In this document: in pieces, positions 26,332-38,639 of the stretch
How positions within the stretch are numbered: the first letter of the stretch is position 1
How the letters are laid out: each line of letters opens with the position of its first letter
NCBI RefSeq assembly: GCF_006345805.1
Contig: NC_043026.1
Span: 1,364,001 to 1,428,000 of the forward strand
Direction: 5' to 3'
DNA: 64,000 nucleotides
From: Octopus sinensis
Lineage: Eukaryota
Notes under the pieces: model-generated
Told to the model about the DNA's origin: nothing
The model's input: the letters and a program-made list of their open reading frames with translations, nothing else
The model's database searches: none
Translations under genes and position numbers: made by a program

Positions 26332-27584
26332 CAGGGTGTCTCGAAATTAAGACAATTGTCATTTTTCAATTTGCCAAAAGAAAATATTGTTATATTTTGG
26401 GTTGAAGCATTGCAATGCTGAGGGAAATCCAATTATGACACTACCACATTTACTTGATATGATCATCTCTGTTTTGATTCACAGCCTTAAGTCTAGGTGT
26501 GAATGCTTCACACACAGCAAACAGCTGTACTTGCAGAATCAAAGCCCATTCCTGGGACAGTTTTGCTTTCAGAGCATTGAGTGAAGCATGAAGAGTGCTT
26601 GAGACCCTCATCTCCAAAATGGACCAAAAATCCAATGAGTTAAGATTGGGGCTTCTTCAGGGCCACACATCCTTGCCTATGAATGATGGAATGTTTTCAT
26701 GAATCCAGTGTTGTGTCTGTTTCATGCTGTGGGATGGTGCAGAACCGTGTTGGAGTCTCCAAGGTGGGCCTTGAAAGTGCTCATCCATCCATGGAAGCAG
26801 TTCAGCTCCCAGAATGTCACTAATGTATCGCTGGGTCAATTTTAACACCCAAGGGTACAAAAACAAGGGGAGATCTTCCAGTCACAGTCACCCAAACCAT
26901 AACTGACTGTGGATTTTGATGTTGATTTACGGGTCTACCCTTGACAGAGCCAGATACACTCCAAAATTGGTCATTCTAGTGATTTACTATTTGTTCGATG
27001 TCAAATGTCTTTTCATCAGTGAACACCAGGTTGGGCAGTGTGCCTTCAGCAATCTGATACAGGATAAAAGATGGCTTCTCTCCAGTCTCTTGCATGATCT
27101 CATGACAACAAACCATCTTGTGGGGGTGGGTCCTGAGATCCTCCTTCAGCATTCAATACATTCATGTTCAGCTTATTTTTGCTATGGCAGCCAGTTTAAT
27201 TACGGAACAACAAGGATTTCACCATACCTTTTCTCTGGTACTTTTGATAGGCTGAGGGGTCTGTACACTTCCTCCTTGGCCATGTCTAGATTGATCAGCA
27301 ATAGAACCAGTCTCTTGAAATTTCTTGACAATTTTCCAGACTGTTATTTGGTTAATTTTAAAATTTTTTGCTATAATTGTATTACTTTTACCTCTTTTGT
27401 GGAGGGTTATGATTGTATTTCAGTGGAAAGCCATTATCTAATTTATAAGTCTGAATTTATTTAGTCTTAAACAAAAAGGAAGACACTAAGCTTTTATAAT
27501 GATGTATAATTTTCATATCTTATCACATTTATTGATAGTTACTAAAGTCCAAAATTTTGGTTGCCTTAATTTTAAGACATCTAG
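26332..27584 (-). mobile_element. maT (DD37D) Tc1/mariner element, degenerate
   Basis: 18/24 TIR match. LVFTDEK motif; Q(H)GSAPSH...WP*RSPNLNSLDF gives 37 residues between the second and third catalytic positions. Confidence 0.8.
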
Positions 27585-27592
27585 TAAATATA

Positions 27593-28193
27593 TGGCCAGC
27601 ATATTAAAAAATACCTTTAACGGTTAAATTTATAAATGAGGGCAAAGGAAAAAAATTCTAATGCCAAATATGCATTTCCTTTGCCCTCATTTATGAATTG
27701 TTTATAAATTTAACCTTTAAAGGTATTTTTTAATATGCTGGCCATTGATAAAATTTTTTCGAGAAAATATTTTTTTTTCGAAAAGAATTTTATCCTCACA
27801 TTTGATATAAATTTAAGCGTTCACTTCCGAACTAACTAACTCACTCTGTGAGAGACTCAGTTCAAATCGCACGTGCCTCGAATGGGCTGGAGTATTTCTA
27901 TTTTGGATGTATTTGGGGTACTTAGTTGTGCTCATGACTTAGTATTTGCTTCTTCCATGGGTAAGTATCTCATTTATTTCTTTTGCCACATGTATCACTG
28001 ACGAAGAGAGGGCTCTTAGTAGCTAACTCTGAAATCGGTCCGATATGGTAATAATGGAATTTTTTAGAAATTTCTGTTGACCTTTTTTTGAGTAGTGTGC
28101 GTATTGTGAAAAAATTATATGGTTAATGGACAATATGTCCAATTTTTCGGCATATTTGGCATTAGAAATTTTTTCCTTTGCCCTCATTTATGA

Positions 28194-28200
<7 letters not shown>
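27593..28200. mobile_element. Penelope-type terminal-repeat cluster with local foldback (27593-27744)
   Basis: tggccagcatattaaaaaataccttt...gagggcaaaggaaa is inverted at 27676-27744, and 27630-27675 is inverted again at 28150-28200. Contains the hammerhead-like motif at 27991. Confidence 0.6.
27991..28047 (+). ncRNA. Minimal hammerhead-ribozyme-like motif with intact canonical core
   Basis: tgtatca CTGACGA agag..ctct GAA ATCGGT C cgatatg: GUC cleavage triplet, near-palindromic stem III, one mismatch at the base of stem I. Confidence 0.6.
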
Positions 28201-28243
<43 letters not shown>

Positions 28244-28929
28244 CTTTTATTTGTTTTAATCATTAGACTGTGGCCATACTGGGGCATGGCCATGAATAAT
28301 TTTTAGTCAGATGAATCAACCCCAGTACTTATGTTTTGTTAAGCTTGGTACTTATTTTATCAGTCTCTTTACCAAACTGCTAAGTCATGGGGACATAAAC
28401 ACACTAGCACTTGTTGTCAAGCTGTAGTGGGAGACAAAGACACACACACACACACACACATATACAATGGCTGTCTTTTTGTTTCCATTTACCAAATCCC
28501 CTCAAAAGGTTTTGGTTGGCCTGAGGGTATAATAGAAGACTATGTTGTGGGATTGAACCCAGAACTATGTGGTCTGGAAACAAACTTCTTACCACGCATC
28601 CACACCATGTACATCACCATGTATCATCCTTAATACTGTATCACCACTGCTATCACAATAACCATTGTGACCATCTTAAGCATTGTCAGCACCATTATGA
28701 CCACCATGACTACCCCCACCTCCACAAACCCCAATGACTATCACCACTGCCACTATCATCAATCATTAATGACACAACCACAATCATTATCATCTTCATT
28801 GTCACAGAAAGCGCTGCTCCAGCATAGCCTTAACTTATCATTATTGTTATCTTGTTGCTGTTGTTCCTCTTCTTCTTTTTCATTTCATCTCCTTGTTTCT
28901 CTTCATTATTTTCTTTCTTTCCTCCACAG

Positions 28930-29720
28930 ATCACCAGAACTTGATCCCTGAAGATGGACAGAGTGACACAGCCAGCAACGAGGAGGACACCCCTCACATT
29001 CCAATCGAACCAACAACTACATACAGCCCCATTGACTGTTCCATCTCGCTCAATAATAATGATGATGATGATGGTGATGGTGATGGCAACAAGATGGAAA
29101 GTGGTGCAACAACATCTACTGATGCCTGCTTCAACATGGACTCCTTCTTTCCGGCCCCTCCCCTGCAGGACCTATACCGTTACCATATTTTCTTTTCACA
29201 CAGCCCCAACGATATTGCATGGATTGAGAGCATCGTGAAGAAGCTGGAGGAATGTCCATACAACTATAAATGTTTCTACACCAAACCAAACTCCTCTGAG
29301 ACCAGCCAAAGCAATCAAGGAAATCCCAGAATTCCTAGTGGCCTTGGCAATCCCAGCATTCCCAGCGATGGGAGTAGTCCCATCATTCCTAGAAGCCAGG
29401 GCAAATGTAGCAGTCTCAACAACGATTATGGCATTCCCAGCATTCCAAGTGGTCACCGAAATCCCAGCATTCATAGCCATAACAATTACAGCAATCCCAG
29501 CATTCCTAGCATTCTTATCAGTCGGAGCAGTCCTAGCCATGGCAACAGCATCGGTGCTGTCATCAAGAACAAGAGTAACAACAACAGCAACTGCAGCAGC
29601 AGAAGCAGCAGCACCAGAAGCATCATCATCAACAACAGCATCAATAACAACAACAACAAAAGCAATCCTAACAACACCATCAACAGTAGCAACTGCAGTG
29701 TTGGTGGTGGTAGTGATGAC

Positions 29721-29751
<31 letters not shown>

Positions 29752-30102
29752 AGAGTGAAGATGGTGTCAACATAAAGCAGCGCATCATCCATACAGGCAG
29801 CAAGAACAAGGGCAATTCCACCTCCAAAACAAGGAGCAGCAATGGCACAATCCAGTCGACACTGTGTGCTGCCATGCTCAGTGAGCGTGTCGTGATTGCG
29901 CTGAGCCGAAGCTATGTCCTGTCAACATGGTTTGACTTCCAGGAGATCCTACAGAACCTTACAGAATCCAGCCTCTACCAGCAGCGTCTGATCGTAATAA
30001 TGCTGGAGGACTGTGAGGTGCCAGAACCACTTCAAACCGTTGGATATCTTGACGTGCGTCAGAAGCAGTTTTACTCAACATTGACACAACTGTTACGTAG
30101 CA
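28930..30102 (+). CDS. Exon of TIR-domain / TMEM268-like membrane protein gene (TIR domain with large internal insertion); likely start ATG at 29094
   Basis: Acceptor ttctttcctccacAG (28928-29) and donor GTAAGT (30103), open frame throughout. TIR box-1-like YHIFFSHSPNDIAWIESIVKKLEE and C-terminal half AAMLSERVVIALSRSYVLSTWFDFQEIL...RLIVIMLEDCEVPEPLQTVGYLDV. AAGATGG context at 29094. Exon is phase 1 at both ends if an upstream coding exon exists. Confidence 0.85.
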
Positions 30103-30759
30103 GTAAGTTTCAAAACAATCTTCTTCTTCCTCCTCCTCCTCCTCTACCCCTTCTCATTATCATCATCAACATTACCAACATCATCCTCACACATCATTAT
30201 TATTAAAGGTGAGAGATAGGCATGATCATATTTTGCACTATTTCCAGCTCTACACCATTTCAGTTCGGACCCCACTTTACCTTTCATCCTTTTTGGGGCA
30301 ATAAAATAAAGTGCTTCTCAGTTAGTGGGGTTCAATGTAATCAATGAAATCTCTCCACACAAAATTGCTGGCTTTGTGCTTAAAACAGAAATATTTACTA
30401 AGAAAAGTAAGAGTGGAGAGGGAAGTGCTCCCTCCCACTGAATTCGTCAAATGAGGCACAAATGTTTGGATAAATGGACCAACTTGAAGCATGTGCTGTA
30501 GATTAATAAATGACAGGTGAGGATTTGTGCTGAGGTCACCTATGCCACTCATTGTTTTGGGGTTGATAAAATAAAACCAGTTGAGTACTGGAATCAATGT
30601 AATTGACTTACCCACCTTCTCTAAAATTTTGGGTTTTGAAAATTATAATAATTATGAAATTATTGTATGCAGTGCTCAGGTGCACCACAACTTGTCAAAA
30701 GTGCATATAAAGTATATGCAGTAATGTACAAATGTCTGGAAAGTGAACAGTGTATGAGT

Positions 30760-31495
30760 CAGATACATGCTTGCGTATGTATGGAGGGGAGAAAATCAGG
30801 TGTAGTGTTGGTGAATCTCAGGAAGCATGGAAGTTTTGAAGGATGCAGTGCTCTGACAACTAACAACTGATGCCGGCAGTCTGTTCCATGCTTCAGCAAC
30901 TCTTAGCGTGAAAAAGTGTTTCCGAAAGTCATGGGAGCTGTGCTGTTTTCTGACTTTGTAAACATGTCCATGGGTGTTAGACGGGTGGAGTTTGAAAAGG
31001 AGCTCAGAGTTATTGTTTGTAAGATGGTTAATAATTTTATGGGTGTCTGCCAAGTCAGCTGCCAGACATCGGAGTTTCAATGTATCCATGCCCAGGGAAG
31101 TAAGGCGTTCAGAATATGGCAAATGCCTGATGGAGGGTATTCTCTTGGTTGCACGTTGCTGAACGGCTTCCAGACGATTAATATCCTGGGCAAGATAGGA
31201 GTTCCAGACCGGTGATGCAAATTCCAGTTGAGGTCGCACCATAGCTATATAAAGCTGCAGATAAGATAGCCGGAGAGCGGCTCACAAAGGACTTGGTGAG
31301 TGATGCCAAGACACCCTCAGCCTTCTTGGCAATTTTAGCAATGTGTTTTGTCCAATGCAAATCGCTGTTGACAACAATGCCCAGAAGACTTTTTGAGATT
31401 AGTGTTGTGGAGGGAGTAAGAAGACACTGGGTTTTTCCTCCCAAAATGCATGGTGGTACATTTGTCCACAGCCAGCTTGGGTTGCCAGTCCATGT
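30760..31495 (-). mobile_element. CR1 LINE 3' fragment
   Basis: MVRPQLEFASPVWN...LEAVQQRATK...FFTLRVAEAWNRLP in ORF 30796-31242; upstream piece in ORF 31178-31444. Confidence 0.88.
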
Positions 31496-31892
31496 GTCTA
31501 AAGAAGAAAAAATTATTATTATTATTGTTGAAGTGGTGAGCTGGCAGAATCATTAGAATGCCAGGCAAAATGCTTAGCAACATTTCACTTGACTTTATTA
31601 TTATTATTGTTGTTAAGCTGACGAGCAGAGAGAATCATTAGCTTGTAGGACCAAATGCTGAATGGTATTTCTTCTGATACTTTACATTCTCAGTTCAAAC
31701 ACCACTGAGGTTAATTTTGTCTTTCATCCTTTCAGGTTTGATATGAGGGTTGGCTAAAATGTTCATAGCTGACCAAGATACTCTCATGGAATGTGATCAA
31801 ATGAGGTTTATTTTTCAGCATAAACTCTCTTGCTGCTCATGCACTTCTTCCAGCAGTGCTGAGGTGCTTGAATCCCATGGCTAAAAAAAAGT

Positions 31893-33325
31893 CATCATCA
31901 TCATCGTTTAACGTACGCTTTCCATGCTAGCATGGTTTGGACGGTTCAACTGGGGTCTGGGAAGCCAGGAGGCTGCACCAGGCCAATCAGATCTGGCGGT
32001 GTTTCTACAGCTGGATGCCCTTCCTAACGCCAACCACTCCGAGAGTGTAGTGGGTGCTTTTTATGTGCCACTGACACAGGTGCCAGACGAGGCTGGCGAA
32101 CGGCCACGTTCGGAATGTTCTCTTATGTGCCACCGGCACTGGTACCACAAACTACAAATTCCATTGATGTGGATCGATTTTGATTTGATTCTTTGATTTT
32201 CTGATTTTCACTTGCCTCAACAGGTCTTCACAAGTAGAGTTATGTGTCCCAAGAAGGAAGGTATGCACAGGTGGACTGACTATGTCCCAGGTAGGGGCCA
32301 TGGGTTATGGCCTCACTTGTCCTGCCGGGTCTTCTCACGCACAGCATACTTCCAAAGGTCTCAATCTCTAGTCATTTCCTCGGTGAGACCTAAAGAGCGA
32401 AGGTCGTTCTTCACCACCTCATCCCAGGTTTTCCTGGGTTTACCTCTTCCACAGGTTCCCTCAACCGCTAGGGTGTGGCACTTTTTCACACAACTATCTT
32501 CATCCATTCTTACTACGTGTCCATACCAGCATAGACGTCTCTCTTGCACACCACATCTGATGCTTCTTAGGTTCAACTTTTCTCTCAAGGCACTTACACT
32601 CTGTCGAGTATGAACACTGATATTACACATCCATCAGAGCATACTGGCTTCGTTTCTTGCAAGCTTACGCATATCCTCATCAGTCACAGCCCATGTTTCA
32701 CTGTTCGTACACATGAAGGCTGTTCGTACACATGCATCATACAGTCTGCCTTTTACTCTGAGCGAGAGGCCTTTTGTCACCAGCAGAGGTAAGAGCTCTC
32801 TGAACTTTGCCCAGGCTATTCTTACTCTAGCAGTTACACTTTCGGCACACCCACCCCCACTACTGACTTGATCACCTAGGTAATAGAAACTATCAACTAT
32901 TTCTAGTTTTTCTCCCTGGAATGTGGCGGAAGACAGTCTCTGCGCATTTTCAGTGTTTATTGCACCAGAACATCTGCCACATACAAAAACCATCTTCCTA
33001 ATTAGCCTTCCTTTGACATTGCTGCACCTCTTATGTGTCCATAGCTTACACTTGGTGCATCTTATAGAGTTCCTACCTACGCCTTTTCTACAGATCGAGC
33101 AGGGCCATCTACCTGAAGGCGTTTGAGATTTATCTACCTTCCTACTTTTTAGGACTTTGGTTTTAGCTAGATTGACTCTAAGGCCCTTCGATTCTAATCC
33201 TTGCTTCCACACCTGAAACTTCTCCTCCAGTTCTGATAGTGATTCAGCAATTAGAGCAAGGTCATCAGCATAGAGGAGCTCCCAGGGGCATCCTGTCTTG
33301 AATTCCTCCATTATTGCCTGGAGGC
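31893..33325 (-). mobile_element. RTE-clade LINE 3' part with PHD-like finger inside RT
   Basis: ORF 32634-33311 has LLYADDLAL, CSIC..CTKC..H..C..CGRC and FYYLGD; ORF 32361-32630 has RRLCWYGHV..GRGKPRKTW; (GAT)n tail. Confidence 0.92.
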
Positions 33326-33329
33326 AATA

Positions 33330-34365
33330 ACAGCAAATATGACATCATCACTGGTTCCCAACCAAATGTTTTTTCATGTTGGGGAACATATGATAGTCAG
33401 ATGGGATCAAAGAAGGGTGACCAACCAGTCCAAAGTCAGTCACATATAGCAGCCATTGAAATCAAGGACTTGTGTGCTGGGGCATTGTTCTGATAAAACA
33501 TGACCCCTTTTTGTCAGTTTTCTCAAGTGTTTGGTCTTGATAGCCTTTCATAACTGCCTCAGCAAGTTGGCCTATGTCTCTCCATTGATAGTGTGGCTCT
33601 TTTGAAGATAGTCAATTAACACAATGTTTTTTGCATCTCAAAAATATTGAGGCCAGCATCTTCCCTGCAGATGAAATGACCTTGGCCTTCTTTGGAGCAG
33701 GTGTGGAGGGATGATTCCACTGCATAGATTGCTTCATTTCTGACTCAAAGTGATGAAGCCAACACTTGCCCTGGTTTAGGAAATGAGCAAGGAAACTAGC
33801 CGGATCTGCTTCAAACAATGTCAGATTTTCCCAGGATAAGATCAACTTGGTGTCAGAAGATGTGACACCAATTGAGCAGAAACCTACATCATGCCAAGTT
33901 CATTGTACAGTGTATTCATAACTCATGGGATATGCTGTTTGATTTATAGTCAATCACCTATCATCCATTACCATGTGGTAAATACAGTCGATGAGCAACT
34001 GAATTTAGGGAAAGGGAGAGTCTTGAATTATAACCCAAGATCTGGATCTTGGGTTATCTTCAAGACTCTCCCTTTCCCTTCTAAATTCAGCTGTTCACTT
34101 TGCACTGCTTATAAATCTGAAGTGTCATCCCTTAATGTAGCAACCATGTCAGTATGAATGCCATTGGAAGCTAAACCCTTTTTCTGCACCTACTTGATAA
34201 CACCATGATGCCAAATTGTGTCCATGTAGTTACTTTTGACGTCTTCTTTAAACAGTCAGATTCAGTTGACTCGGAAAGAAACGATGCAGTTATCAATAAG
34301 AAGAGAGGAGAAATTTATGCATTGAAGACTTCACAACTCCAGCATCAATCATTCACAATCAACCT
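33330..34365 (-). mobile_element. mariner relic
   Basis: WLHHFESEMKQSMQW..PAPKKAKV..SAGKMLAS. Confidence 0.7.
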
Positions 34366-35534
34366 ATGAACTTTTCAGCTCACTTTTGTAAAATATATTA
34401 CCAGTTATGTACTTGGGTTGATATAATCAACTTACTCCCAGCCCTTGAAGTTGCTGGCCTTGTGCCAAAATTTGAAACTATTCATCATCATCATCATCAT
34501 TTAACATCTTTCTTGCATGATGACATTGGTTCAACAGTTTGGCAGGAACTGGCAATTCATAATTCTTCTTATTCTCTCATTACTAATTCCAACCAAACCA
34601 ATTGGTTTTCATTGGTTATCATTGTTTATTGCTGTCACTGTTCAGCCAATGAAAATGCTCCAAAGTCAAGATGCAAAGTGGATATAATTTCATTAACTGA
34701 GCGAAGGTTCTAAATTCTTGCTTCTAAATTCTCTCATTAATATTTCAGTTTCCCATAGAATTGCTAATTACTAGCAAAACCAAAATGCTAATAATGAACA
34801 ACTTGCTCAGGAATCAAACCAATATTTGTTTAACTTTTTGATTTTTATTAAGAAATTATTTTTCTGTTTGTGTTTTAGCAGACATATTAAAAACTGTTCT
34901 TTTGGTGATGTTAATGAGAATTTGTCTCCATTAATATAATTTGTATTAATATTTTTATGTAGTTGTGTGTGTGACTAAACACACACACACACACGCACAC
35001 ACGAATGTGCAAGTCTTTGTGCGTGTACGTATGTATAATATGTAAATACAATTTACAGTGTTTCGCTTGGTGTTGCATCTCAAAGAACAACGATTCATCT
35101 TTTCCTTTCAAACTTAAACATTGTTTGGCTTCAACTCCCCCCCCTTCCTGCAGCCGCTCACACACAGACACACTTACACTCATCCAACATATGCCACAGA
35201 CACACATATCCATGTATACACAAACACATTCACACACACACACACAAACACACACAAACACACTGGCCAGCGTTTTCATTCTCTCTCTTTCTCCCTCTTC
35301 TCTCTCATTTCATCTCTCTTAGTCTCATTCTCTTTCTCTTTTCGCTCTATTTATTCTTTTCCATGCATAAATATGTAACATGGGCATATACATTTATATG
35401 CATATACACTCACTCATGCATGAATGCATATAAACATAAGCTCGGGTATATATCCTCTCACACAGACACAAACTTTTATATAAAGACATAGGTACTTTTA
35501 AATGTACTTTCAAATGCTTATATCAGTTTGCATA

Positions 35535-36046
35535 GGAGGTGGTATCAAAAAGTTTTCAAACTCGTTACGTTTAATAAAGACTAACTAAGTCTTAACTGTT
35601 CTCATTTCAAACAATTACCTTACACTGCAATACGCCGGTCCCAGCATTCCTGCCACTTTTGGAATCCAGTCTGGAAGCTGTTTTCCATAAGCAAGTCAAA
35701 GACCTTCTGCAATTTACTCTGGATCTTGACAATGGTGTTAAAATGGCAACTTTTGAGCTGCATTTTCAAATTGGGAAAGAGATGCAAGCCATGCTCAATG
35801 TCTCTGTAGCAGACTTCACAAGTTTAACACAAAATTTCACGTTGGCTCCTTGTAACAAAATCAGATTACAGCATTCAAACATGATCACAAAAACACAAAT
35901 TTCACAATTTGTGAAGTAAACACAGCAATGCCACTTGGCACATGACCTCATGAAGGCCACTGCTCGTTCTCACTATGTGTGCAAGTGTGTGCTGCCATCT
36001 ATTGGCACACTACAGAACTAGTCAGGAACTTTTTGATACCATCTTG
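35535..36046 (-). mobile_element. Internally deleted mariner (512 bp)
   Basis: TIRs gg(a)ggtggtatcaaaaagtt / aactttttgataccatcttg, TA flanks, transposase N- and C-terminal remnants. Confidence 0.75.
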
Positions 36047-36095
36047 TATGTAAGTGCACACACATTTGCAAATATATACATGCACACAAACATGG

Positions 36096-36126
<31 letters not shown>

Positions 36127-36619
36127 TACACACACACACATTGCCAGTTCCACTAATCTAACACACTCTTTCTCTCACTTCCTCAATTCCACTAATCTAA
36201 CACTCTCTCCCCCACACATACTCTACTCATACCACCTACACACACACACACACACACACAGCTCGGTCTCTTGTGTGAACCCTTCTTACTACCTACCTAC
36301 TTGTCATACTCACAAATGCATGCACTTACACATGCGTGCACACACATCTAACCACACACTAAGTCACACAAACACAAATATACACACAAGAGGCAGACAT
36401 TGCTAATCTCACCAAATATATGCTGTCACACACAGACACACTGCCCACACTTCCTATGCATACACTCATGCACACACACACACATACACACAAATGTATG
36501 TGCACATATAAACTACATACAACTGGAGATTTCTACGGGACAACCTGCTGAGAGCCACTGACCAGATCTGTGGATGGTGCAAAGTCCCATCTTGACTAAA
36601 GGTAACTTGGTGGTGGAAC

Positions 36620-37090
36620 AATGTTGTTGACAGGGCTATTAGACAAAAGAAACAGGCTTGGAGGGACTGGAAGAACGGTGGTAGCAGGGAATTGTATCAG
36701 ACAACCAGAAGGGAAGCTTGGAGGCAGGTTTATTTAGCCAGAGGGGAAGCAGATAAGAAAAAATTTGGCAATGTTCTGCGCCGTGAGGGCCAAAGACTTG
36801 AAGTATTTCGTGTTGCAAGACAGTGTGTGAGAAAGAATCGTGATGTGGTAGGAGAGAAATGTGTCCACATGGATGATGGTTCACTTGCACTAAATGAGGA
36901 TGCAAAGAGAGAGGTTTGGAGACACCACTATGAAAGGTTGCTCAATAAAGAGAATGAATGGGAGAAAGAGAGTCTGCCGAATGTCGACCCAACAGAGGGA
37001 CCAGCTATCCAAGTTGATAAAGCAATTAAGAGTATGAAGACAGGGAAAGCCCCTGGCCCATTAGGAATCACTGCAGAGATGCTTTTTTGC
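36620..37090 (+). mobile_element. RTE LINE internal fragment (linker before RT)
   Basis: VWRHHYERLLNKENEW...KAIKSMKTGKAPGPLGITAEML. Confidence 0.8.
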
Positions 37091-38639
37091 AGATGGAAAT
37101 GCACTCTATAAAGTTTTTTTTTTTTTAAGTTATGAGGGACCTAGAAATCATAGCAAATTACGTAACCAGGTGGTTTTAAAAGCTTTATAACACTCCCATG
37201 TGATATGTGGAGAATCTCTGTGATGTCTCACATTGTGCAACATGGATTATTTTCTATTAAAGTTTTGATTTCTTCATTATCAATGACTGTAGGTTTGCTG
37301 GAAAGTTCACAATCTTCCAGGTCTAAATTTTCACTTCTAAACCAAGAAAACCACTTACAAACAGTACTTTCAATTATGAAAATATATTTTATTTTCCTTC
37401 ATTTTCAATTTTATCTTAAGAACAGTAAATGTAAATAATCCACACAAAATTCAAATAGAAAAATGTGCTGAGATCTCCTCATTCAAGAAGTATATATATT
37501 TCATATGTTTCTCTCACATGATAAAACAGATTGTATGATTAAATATTGCCAGTTGAAAAGCACTGCAATTTTTTTTTACCACCCTAATATATATCGAGCA
37601 TTTGTCTGTTTTTCTACTTATCAATACTTTAATTTTGGTTTGTCCATCTGTCCGTCTGTGTGCAAAATAACCGCCAAGGAAGGAGGTTATGTTTTCATTG
37701 ACTCAAAAAGCTCAGACTTTGCTCTCTCTCCACTGCTGCTGTGAGCTCTATATCATCTGTATGATGTGGAAAATATTCCATCAACATTGCCCATCTTTAA
37801 AATTCGTCTGAGGCTTGGCCCCCGTGCCATCCGTCCACTACAGAAATGTTTGTGTCGTATCACAACACTATGACAGAACTATTTCACCTCAGTTGACCCT
37901 GCTCTCTTCAACATCGTGTCAAATACACACAAAGGAGGAAAGTGACTTCGCGGCATTCAAACTATCCCCAGATGATTACCCCAACAAATACCAGATAAAC
38001 CACCCACACCCAGTTATGCCTCTGTAAACAATAACCCTCTGCTTGAATGGGCTACGGTTCCCCAGAGCTGACTGTGTATCTCTTCCAGGTGGTGCTATTA
38101 AATTAGACATGGCCTGAGTCAACTTCGGTTGAAACTTATCTAAGTAATCTAATCTATGCTGTAACCTTTTAATCAAAGCCTGACAACATGGGTAGAGGCT
38201 GATATCTTAATATTTCTGATGGTCTTAAGTATAAAAAAAAATTATTAAAGATTTATATAGAACTACATTCAGAGTATGTCTATAAGCTATTGTGTTTAGA
38301 CCTGGTTTCTATCCTCAAACTGTTCTGTTTTGTAGATGCAATTTTTTTTTTCTTTTAATAAAAAACTCCGAAATTAGAAAAATCAAAAATCTGCAACAAT
38401 CTCGGTCCCATGAGTATCGGAAGTTGGATTTTCAACTGTGTAAAGAAAGTGATTGTGGTGATCGTAGTTCTGACGGTGATTGTGGTGAAAGCAGAGACAG
38501 TGTTGATGATGACGATGGTCAAGATGAGGATGGGAGGAGGTTATGTTTTTGCCAGCGTTGGCTTGGGAAATTGGGAGAGTTTCAGCATGCATGTGTATGG
38601 GTGGAAATGAGCTGCTTGGCCTGCGCTCTCTGAATGCTT

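Noticed and set aside
28893-28929. ORF-track start MFLFIIFFLSST
   Set aside because: It is the intron's polypyrimidine tract; the exon begins at 28930. Likewise the ORF tail after 30102 is intronic.
29196-29875. Overlapping antisense and alternative-frame ORFs (198, 145, 129 aa)
   Set aside because: By-products of the trinucleotide-repeat insert in the TIR exon.
37690-38200. Moderately complex sequence with short ORFs (37815+, 37976-)
   Set aside because: No domain motif, frames broken by stops, and no consistent splice pair in phase with the gene; probably an old TE remnant.
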